A DNA stretch of 64,000 bases from an uncultured Thermococci archaeon (lineage in GTDB: Archaea > Methanobacteriota_B > Thermococci > Methanofastidiosales > B48-G16). The notes below the pieces were generated by a model. That model did not search any database, was not told where the DNA came from, and worked only from the letters and a program-made list of their open reading frames with translations. Every line of letters starts with the position of its first letter. Positions within the stretch are counted from its first letter, which is position 1. The stretch lies in NCBI GenBank assembly GCA_964595645.1, contig CAZQQT010000011.1, positions 2,064 through 66,063 on the forward strand, written 5' to 3'. Positions 57,364 through 64,000 of the stretch are shown piece after piece. The translations under genes and the position numbers were made by a program.

Positions 57364-59811
57364 CTAGATGAGAGTGAGAAGGTACTCTATCAGCGCAATT
57401 GTAAACTCTAAATTATCTCCATATTTTATTCCTGTGGTAAACATCTGGGACGATCCCGAACACACAAGATACCCGTCCCCTACCTCCCTCAACGTAATGA
57501 TCGCAAAATCCTCTATCCTCCCATCAGATGTTGCTGCATAACTACTCTCATTCCCCCGTAAAAGTACAGTAGTCTCTCTATAGTTCAGTACACCACCAGA
57601 AATATTTAACTCAGAGACATCTTCATAAAATGGGAAACTCGGAAACTCTTTTACCCGCACATAGTATGATCTCCCACTGTTGCTTTTATCATCGCGAAAA
57701 CTGGATTTGATGAATGTTGTGCCGTACTTCTTGGAGATTCTATTGAGATCTATGTTTAGATACGTATGGTAGGTACCGCAGAGTATCAGCACGCCACCGT
57801 CCCTCATATACTCTTCAAGTTTCATGACTTCCTTTTCATTGAAATCTTCCCCGGGGTTTGTAACGATCACAATGTCGTACTCATCTAATGCTGGAAACTC
57901 ATTGGTGGTATACGTCCCAATGTTATTCTCCTTCAAACGGTCTTTTAACACTTCATTTAGAGTATAGTATTGATCTTTGTTCTGCAGAAAAAGAACTTTA
58001 GCTTTATATTTTTCTACATCCTCTTTATACGGTTTTAAAGCGTTTAATCTCTCTTTTATTTTTTTCAATTTTCTATTTTTTACTATAAACACGGAATTAA
58101 TATTTTCAAATGTCTTTTTTATAGAGAGGAACTCCTCTGAGTCACAGAGTACTGTGTTTTCTAGTTCTTCAATTTTCTTGGCGATTTCTTCCTCCAATTT
58201 TTTATTGGTGCTAAATATAGAAGAAACGTATACCCTCTTTTGTAACTCCTGCGGATCCTCTGGTTCTTCTGGCTCCGGTATATAGCCTGGAGTGCCCCCT
58301 AAGGGACCGTATCTCCACACTCCATTGATTTTTTCCAGTGAGTGTCCTTCTTTTGCATTTCCACTATACTTTACCTCATCCAATATCACCTCTCCTTGCA
58401 TAATCACGACGTGGTCGCCGGAGTTGGATAGAGAGAGATTCCCGTTGACCCTCAGTTCATTCTCTACCTCCACCTCATCGAAGACATGTGTATACTCATC
58501 CGTGATCACTGCACATTCTCCTGGAGGGATTGGATCTCCTAGTATCTCATCACCTCCACACTGCAGATTTGTGGGATCGTACAGGGTATCACTGGAATTG
58601 TATACTTCCACCCACTCGTAATAATAGTCAGATTTTCGAGGATTGTACATCACTTCTGTGAGAATTATTGGAGGATCGAGCGAGTACAACCTGTTGTACT
58701 CTCCGGGCGTGGGCTTTGTCTCTGCAAAGGACGTATTTGAGAGTATTGGAAACCGTGCTAGTGTCCCGTGATTCCACACTGCGTGGTCCATCATTCCGTT
58801 ATACTCAAGCAAGACTTCACTGAATCTCTCATTGATCACAATATCTGGGTGAAATCCAAACTTGCTGAAAAACGAGGATTCATCGTTGGATATCACTAAA
58901 AATTGATCCACATAAGTAGTAAATGTTCTTATCGTTTCCAGTGAAAGAGAAAAAGATACCTCTCGCGGTATTGGCGTGTACAGCTCTATAAAATTCTCTG
59001 AAATCTCACTAATCACAAAAAAATCGTTGATAGTGCCCAAAGACTCATACGTATCGTGGAGATCGGAAGTATCCCATGAATACCCATAGACAACATTGCC
59101 ATCGGGAATCCGCTGAATGCTCTCCTGGAGATCATGGCCGTAGTACCCTACCATATCAATGAGCTCTCCTGACGCATTGAAGAGATAGAGAACGTCCTCT
59201 TCTTGGAGGGTTATTGTCGACTCAAAAACGCGGACGTTTCGGGAATCTATCGTCCCTGTCAGATAAAATATCCCATCGCCATCAGAGAGAAAGAAATCGT
59301 CAAGATCTATCGACACTGTACGAGGATTGTACACCTCTATCGATTTTTCGTAGTACTCGTTAATCCGTATGGAATTTCCTAGATTCACTGGAGGAGCATC
59401 GTTTTCCATTCCTTTTGTAGGTGTGAGATCAAGATTCCACTCTCCATTTACAAAGACACAGGACTCGTAACTCGGTGGAGCAGGAGCGTACCCTCTGTAA
59501 CCGTAGGAGACACTATCAATGACACTATCATTATCCTTCAGTACAATGGTATCGCCGTTATTGTCAAGAAATCCAGATGGTTCGAGGATATGGTATCCAT
59601 ACGCGGGTATTTCCTCAGTCGTGAACTCAATTATTCCTTCTGATGTTTCTATCGAGTATCCATCCAACTCAACAGATGCAGAAGAAGGATTATATAATTC
59701 AATCCATTCACCTCCCTTTATACAGAACTCATTGATTCGTATCTCCTCTTGCGATGCTCCAATATCTATTAAAGAGCATACAATGAGGATTATTACTATA
59801 TACCTCCTCAT
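57364..59811 (-). CDS. Secreted protein with about four lamin-tail-domain (LTD) repeats, a coiled-coil segment and a C-terminal globular domain
   Basis: Signal peptide RRYIVIILIVCSLIDIGASQ. LTD signatures IRINEFCIKGGEWIELYNPSSASVELDGYSI, IRINEYYEKSIEVYNPRTVSIDLDDFFL, YEWVEVYNSSD. Confidence 0.6.
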   Translation of the reverse strand: MRRYIVIILIVCSLIDIGASQEEIRINEFCIKGGEWIELYNPSSASVELDGYSIETSEGIIEFTTEEIPAYGYHILEPSGFLDNNGDTIVLKDNDSVIDSVSYGYRGYAPAPPSYESCVFVNGEWNLDLTPTKGMENDAPPVNLGNSIRINEYYEKSIEVYNPRTVSIDLDDFFLSDGDGIFYLTGTIDSRNVRVFESTITLQEEDVLYLFNASGELIDMVGYYGHDLQESIQRIPDGNVVYGYSWDTSDLHDTYESLGTINDFFVISEISENFIELYTPIPREVSFSLSLETIRTFTTYVDQFLVISNDESSFFSKFGFHPDIVINERFSEVLLEYNGMMDHAVWNHGTLARFPILSNTSFAETKPTPGEYNRLYSLDPPIILTEVMYNPRKSDYYYEWVEVYNSSDTLYDPTNLQCGGDEILGDPIPPGECAVITDEYTHVFDEVEVENELRVNGNLSLSNSGDHVVIMQGEVILDEVKYSGNAKEGHSLEKINGVWRYGPLGGTPGYIPEPEEPEDPQELQKRVYVSSIFSTNKKLEEEIAKKIEELENTVLCDSEEFLSIKKTFENINSVFIVKNRKLKKIKERLNALKPYKEDVEKYKAKVLFLQNKDQYYTLNEVLKDRLKENNIGTYTTNEFPALDEYDIVIVTNPGEDFNEKEVMKLEEYMRDGGVLILCGTYHTYLNIDLNRISKKYGTTFIKSSFRDDKSNSGRSYYVRVKEFPSFPFYEDVSELNISGGVLNYRETTVLLRGNESSYAATSDGRIEDFAIITLREVGDGYLVCSGSSQMFTTGIKYGDNLEFTIALIEYLLTLI

Positions 59812-59839
59812 TTTCCCCCTCGTCCATGTTGTTATCTTT

Positions 59840-60250
59840 CTACACTGACGCTTTCTCCAAGCTCACGGTGACTAACGCCACAGAGATCTTTAACTCTTCA
59901 GCTATCTGCTCCGGTGTGTACCCTCTACCGTGCAGCCGGATAACATCACTGAGATCGGGAAGTTCGTTATTGCTCTTCAGTCCAAGACTGGTTCGTCGGT
60001 AGTGGATGGCTGGTGGTGTGAGACCCATCTCACGCGCTATCTCCTTATCGGTGTACCCTTGATGATACAGCTCCAAAAATGTCTCTCTGTCGAATTTCTT
60101 TTCTTTTTTATGATAGTTATTTTCGAGTCCAAGCCGTTTTCTTCGATAATTCACAGAACTCTGAGAAACCTCCAATTCCTCAGCAATCTCCCGATCGGTC
60201 AACCCCCGTGAGTGGAGCTCAATGATCTCCTCATCCGTGATCTTGGGCAT
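59840..60250 (-). CDS. Protein built from three tandem sigma-70-r4/LuxR-like HTH repeats
   Basis: Repeats: LTDREIAEELEVSQSSVNYRRKRLGL; YTDKEIAREMGLTPPAIHYRRTSLGL; YTPEQIAEELKISVALVTVSL. Confidence 0.6.
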   Translation of the reverse strand: MPKITDEEIIELHSRGLTDREIAEELEVSQSSVNYRRKRLGLENNYHKKEKKFDRETFLELYHQGYTDKEIAREMGLTPPAIHYRRTSLGLKSNNELPDLSDVIRLHGRGYTPEQIAEELKISVALVTVSLEKASV

Positions 60251-60377
60251 ATCTTCCTTATGAAGAGGGTAATAAAAACTTTACTATTGGGTTGCTATGT
60301 TACCGTGGTCATCATCGCAATTTTGAAATACTTTCACTTCTTTCTTCTCCAATCGCTGATCGACTACATTACCAAGA

Positions 60378-60713
60378 TCAGAAGCAAGTCTTTTCTATAC
60401 CTAATAAACTATTAAATTGTTCCATTCTACGTGGCCATGCAGATAATAATATGGCACAATAAAAATTATATAGAACAAGAAGACTAAATACTGGAAAAAT
60501 ATAGAGAATATCTCCTTCTTCTCTTTTATATTTATATATTATTTGCTTTAAACCTAGCAACAAAACTATCCCCACAAGATAATTCCGTAAAGATTCTAGA
60601 GAAAGCCAGCTATAAAATACATAAATATACAATCCGAAAACTACAATTGCTATCATAGTATACGAAAGATATACTGTTTTCTTATTCCGTTCCCATAGTC
60701 TTACAAAGTTCAT
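60378..60713 (-). CDS. Small three-TM membrane protein
   Basis: Hydrophobicity only. Confidence 0.35.
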   Translation of the reverse strand: MNFVRLWERNKKTVYLSYTMIAIVVFGLYIYVFYSWLSLESLRNYLVGIVLLLGLKQIIYKYKREEGDILYIFPVFSLLVLYNFYCAILLSAWPRRMEQFNSLLGIEKTCF

Positions 60714-60741
60714 AATATTTTTCCTATATTTTCCTTTTTTT

Positions 60742-61266
60742 CTATACTACGCAAGGACATATGTCCTTTATGTGGTCAGTGACATCGTTTATTTGTCTTT
60801 TTAAGTCCCTGTTTTCAGTTTTGTACCATTCTATTGCTGGTGGGATATTTTCAATAGATTTTCTCTGTCCGTAGAGATGCATTTCGTTCCCTACAGCATA
60901 TGTGACTATGCCCACAACAACAATATCTACTTTTATTACTGCTTTTACCCCCTCTTTGATTGCTGTCCAAACAGTCCGCAGTGTCCATAGAGATTTAACA
61001 TCTGTTCTATACCAATCTCTATTATCAAGAGTATCTTTCATATCCTTCCTCAGTGATCGAAGTTCATCCTTCCAGTGCTCTATTAACTCGTTATTTTCAT
61101 TGATTTTATTCTTTCCAGCTTTTAAGGATCTCAGCAATTCCCGTACCTCAGGATCATCAGGTGCTGGTGTCTCTGTTGGCGTCGGCGTCTCCGGTGGACA
61201 CTCTCCATAGTCTTCAGAACGCGAGTCATCTGTTTTATTGTATCCTTTTTCACCACGCAGGAGAGA
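60742..61266 (-). CDS. PT-linker protein with no canonical start codon (paralog of 62668..63255). Possibly frameshifted or recoded.
   Basis: The in-frame upstream extension SLLRGEKGYNKTDDSRSEDYGECPPETPTPTETPAPDDPE runs to a stop at 61267 and contains no ATG/GTG/TTG. A 12-codon ATG mini-ORF (MALLLYVISPAW, ATG at 61288) sits in another frame. Confidence 0.35.
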   Translation of the reverse strand, partial: SLLRGEKGYNKTDDSRSEDYGECPPETPTPTETPAPDDPEVRELLRSLKAGKNKINENNELIEHWKDELRSLRKDMKDTLDNRDWYRTDVKSLWTLRTVWTAIKEGVKAVIKVDIVVVGIVTYAVGNEMHLYGQRKSIENIPPAIEWYKTENRDLKRQINDVTDHIKDICPCVV

Positions 61267-61420
61267 TCACATAGAGGAGCAGAGCCATGATAGAGTTGAC
61301 AAAGTTATTTCATAATTTATGACTTTATTGATTGAAAGAGTATTTTATTTCCTTCTAAAGGTTGAAGCCGTTTTGTAAAGATCGAGTCTCCCATTTCTTG
61401 CAAAATAACTAAAGATAACA

Positions 61421-61840
61421 TTAGCACCCACTATTGTTGCGATCCTCTTTGTATACATTGAGTCTACCCCCACTGTAGAAAAGAAAGGGAAGAAAGAAAG
61501 CACCACCATAACATCCAAACAAAAACATTGACCCGCCCCAATCTATTAATACCAGCCCTAAAAATAAAGGCATCGCAGATGCGAGAATATATCCTCTGAG
61601 ATCTTTGCTGACCTCTTTCCACTCTACATGATATTTTTCCTTTTTGTAGATACCAATTCTTCCTGTGCTATAAAGATATAAAAACGCCAGCAGTGCGCCC
61701 GAAAATCCACCTAATAAGAGATAACCAAAGAAGTACATAGACATCCATGTGAATATAATACCAAAAGATAATAAAAAAAATAAAATAAGGAAAAAGGTCT
61801 TTGTGTCGATATTTAGGGTTGATATATTTTTGGTTGTCAT
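61421..61840 (-). CDS. Membrane protein (about 4 TM)
   Basis: Start set to the ATG at 61840, 1 nt after the upstream stop. Confidence 0.4.
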   Translation of the reverse strand: MTTKNISTLNIDTKTFFLILFFLLSFGIIFTWMSMYFFGYLLLGGFSGALLAFLYLYSTGRIGIYKKEKYHVEWKEVSKDLRGYILASAMPLFLGLVLIDWGGSMFLFGCYGGAFFLPFLFYSGGRLNVYKEDRNNSGC

Positions 61841-61841
61841 G

Positions 61842-62084
61842 TTATCCACCACAGTACTTGCTACAATCTTGTGTCTGATCATCTTCACAATCTTCAACTG
61901 CATCTTTCCACTCTCCAATTTTTTCTCCCAATTCTTGAACCTCTTCCCAGTACTCATTCGCTTTTTCTCTAAGTTGCTTTGCTACCAGCGGATTGCATCC
62001 TTCACTGTACTCACACTCACCGGCCACACCGTAGTACTCTCTGTACATTTGGTAGACATTGCCATACTGTGTCTTAGTGCTCAT
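61842..62084 (-). CDS. Small acidic Cys-containing protein (paralog of 62495..62692)
   Basis: Shares YQxYR(D/E)(W/Y)Y..xGECEY(S/T)(E/G) and terminal Cys residues with its partner. Confidence 0.45.
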   Translation of the reverse strand: MSTKTQYGNVYQMYREYYGVAGECEYSEGCNPLVAKQLREKANEYWEEVQELGEKIGEWKDAVEDCEDDQTQDCSKYCGG

Positions 62085-62484
62085 TGTCGCGATCCTCGTT
62101 ATATTTCCTATTCTTAATCCACATTAGAACTGGTGTCCCTATAAAAGCCATTAGCAGTACGAGACATACGAGTATTACTCCGATCAATTTGATATATCTT
62201 ACGTAAACTTCACTGAGGTATCCCATCTTTGCACAGACTTCGCCTAAGCTGTAAAATAAGAGTCCACATCCTAAAAGGGTATGTTCATAAAACTCCATAT
62301 TGGATATTTCATCCTGTCCCAGAATAACTGCCAGAAACCATCCTCCCGAAAGAATAGGAAAAAGCATCTCTTCTGTGCTCCAATCAACATCGCCGATTTT
62401 CCAACTCCAGAATATGGCAAAACTCATTAAAAATATAGAAAAAAAGAATAAAAAAATTCTTCTTCGTGTTCTTTTAAATCTCAT
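62074..62484 (-). CDS. Membrane protein (about 4 TM)
   Basis: Starts 10 nt after the stop of 62495..62692. Confidence 0.4.
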   Translation of the reverse strand: MRFKRTRRRIFLFFFSIFLMSFAIFWSWKIGDVDWSTEEMLFPILSGGWFLAVILGQDEISNMEFYEHTLLGCGLLFYSLGEVCAKMGYLSEVYVRYIKLIGVILVCLVLLMAFIGTPVLMWIKNRKYNEDRDNEH

Positions 62485-62494
62485 CGTTAATCAC

Positions 62495-62692
62495 CTAGTT
62501 TAGTATACAGCTGCAATGCTCTTCTATCCACACTTGTAACTTATCGATCTCAAAGTTCAATCGAATAATCTGCTCCTCCGTCACCCTCTCTTCCCCGGTG
62601 TACTCGCACTCGCCGTCCTCGCAGTACCAGTCTCTGTAGGTCTGGTAGACCTTGCTGTTCTTATCAATCATTTGCTGCACCCTCGTTCCCAT
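62495..62692 (-). CDS. Small acidic Cys-containing protein (paralog)
   Basis: KVYQTYRDWYCEDGECEYTGEE...HCSC. Confidence 0.45.
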   Translation of the reverse strand: MGTRVQQMIDKNSKVYQTYRDWYCEDGECEYTGEERVTEEQIIRLNFEIDKLQVWIEEHCSCILN

Positions 62693-63255
62693 ACACTTGC
62701 CAGGCCTTGCAGGCGTTCTACATTATTCTCGAGGGCCTCTGCTCGTTCAATGCATTCATCCTCTGACTCACCTTGTTCATATGTTATATATCCAATTAAT
62801 GAAGTAAGACCTAATGCTCCTGCCGCAGTACCAGGACCAGGACAAATGCAAGTTCCTATGAATCCACCAACACCTGCACCTAATGCTATTAACTGACTTC
62901 TAGTCTCTGCAGTATCATACGTGTCAGCTAAACTCCTCAATCTCTTTGCCTCATCTCTCATAGCTGTAGCTCTTTTCCTGCATTCTTCTAACCTTTCACG
63001 ATCACACGGACATCCGTTGCCTATCTCTCCAGTGCTTCCGTTCAGATGTGGGCAGGTATCGCATTTATTTCCGACTCCATCGTTATCTTTGTCCCACTGA
63101 TTCGCGTTGGGGTTGTTGGGACAGTTGTCCTTGTGATCTGGCACACCATCACCATCTGAATCCTGTTCCGGCTCCGGACTCGGTGTCGTTGTTGGTGTCG
63201 GCGTCTGGGAGGGTGTCGAGTCGTCACTTTCTTCGTAGTCCTCGGGACAGGTCAG
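62668..63255 (-). CDS. Cys-rich protein with thrombospondin-type-3-like calcium-binding repeats and a PT linker; no canonical start codon
   Basis: DSDGDGVPDHKDNCP and DKDNDGVGNKCDTCP repeats. The upstream in-frame extension LLTCPEDYEESDDSTPSQTPTPTTTPSPEPE runs to a stop at 63256. The listed ORF begins at a GTG. The ATG mini-ORF MYNSMESEGNDDF (ATG at 63293) is in another frame. Confidence 0.4.
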   Translation of the reverse strand: MTCPEDYEESDDSTPSQTPTPTTTPSPEPEQDSDGDGVPDHKDNCPNNPNANQWDKDNDGVGNKCDTCPHLNGSTGEIGNGCPCDRERLEECRKRATAMRDEAKRLRSLADTYDTAETRSQLIALGAGVGGFIGTCICPGPGTAAGALGLTSLIGYITYEQGESEDECIERAEALENNVERLQGLASVWERGCSK

Positions 63256-63375
63256 AAGTCATCGTTGCCTTCGGATTCCATGGAGTTATACATAGAGGCT
63301 GTTGATTATCTCATCTCTCTTCTATTTCTTTTTTATGATCGTTTTTTCTATAAGTCTTTTGTTTTTTAATCTGCG

Positions 63376-63714
63376 TTAAATATATTTTTTATATGAAATT
63401 AAAATGATGAATATCGCCAACAAACTCAACATGAAGACTAAAACATAAATAATATCAATGTTCAAAATTTCTAGGATTAGAAAACTTATTGGGAGGAAAA
63501 GAACTAAAAAAAAAGATCTTTTTGGTGTTTTGATACGTTTGTATTTAACTGTCAGCACAAAATATAATTCCGCTATAGAAATTGGAACTGCAATTCCTTT
63601 CTGAAACAAAAGTGAATATAAAAAGATAAATATAAGGATTCCACTCAAAATTGTTATATGAATCCTCTTTTTGGATTCCATTATGACCCTCCTACTTTCA
63701 AGGCACATGAACAC
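63376..63714 (-). CDS. Small three-TM membrane protein
   Basis: Hydrophobicity only. Confidence 0.3.
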   Translation of the reverse strand: MFMCLESRRVIMESKKRIHITILSGILIFIFLYSLLFQKGIAVPISIAELYFVLTVKYKRIKTPKRSFFLVLFLPISFLILEILNIDIIYVLVFMLSLLAIFIILISYKKYI

Positions 63715-64000
63715 GTTTCTAGTAGTTCTTTTGTGTATTTTTCAGCAAGATCGCCATGATAATGAAGAAGCTTTATATGTTTATTTATTTGTATTTCTAT
63801 ACCGTTCGCTTTTATTTTGTTATATGCATATAATGTTGCATAAGCATCCAAAGTAAGAAATTTTGTCAATAAAGTGTCCTGTAGAATCTCTTTTGGATCC
63901 ACTTCTGCACCACCAAGTTTCTTTATTGCGGATAGTACAGGTCCAGCTAGTGTCGAGATCCACCACTCAACGTTATCGGGCGAAAAATTCTTATTAAAAT

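Noticed and set aside
1-64000. CRISPR arrays, IS elements and transposases
   Set aside because: No regularly spaced direct repeats, and no transposase or integrase-like translations, were seen anywhere in the window.

Overview
This 64 kb window is an archaeal chromosomal segment of moderate GC content and high coding density. The archaeal assignment rests on glycerol-1-phosphate dehydrogenase, Elp3, Taw3, PCNA, RFC small and large subunits, a FAU-1-like RNase and an intron-containing tRNA. A clear DNA-replication and nucleotide-metabolism backbone is present: MutS2-like ATPase (partial, at the window edge), ATP-dependent DNA ligase, GyrA, RFC-S/RFC-L, PCNA, anaerobic RNR NrdD/NrdG with an NrdR repressor, PyrD, PyrC-like amidohydrolase and UMP kinase. 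There are two tRNAs: Val-CAC, and a Met/Ile2-type CAT tRNA with a 22-nt anticodon-loop intron. Accessory content is interleaved with this backbone. (1) A tight operon just downstream of the tRNA-CAT and a truncated HD-domain gene encodes a V4R protein, a Roadblock/LC7 protein and four translationally coupled paralogous ~100-aa three-TM proteins. (2) Two tandem paralogous right-handed beta-helix surface proteins share 100%-identical DNA blocks, and one of them is fused through a TM hairpin to a clan-A glycosidase-like domain. (3) A MNT/HepT toxin-antitoxin pair is coupled to a HAD hydrolase. (4) A higher-GC island encodes a Cys-rich secreted protein, a MacB/FtsX-type ABC exporter and a DUF1028 protein. 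(5) At the 3' end of the window sits an unannotatable minus-strand cluster: a triple-HTH protein, a lamin-tail-domain surface protein, repeated small-Cys-protein plus membrane-protein cassettes, and two paralogous PT-linker proteins without start codons. No CRISPR array, integrase or transposase was seen. All calls are from reading the sequence and ORF translations; no database searches were run.
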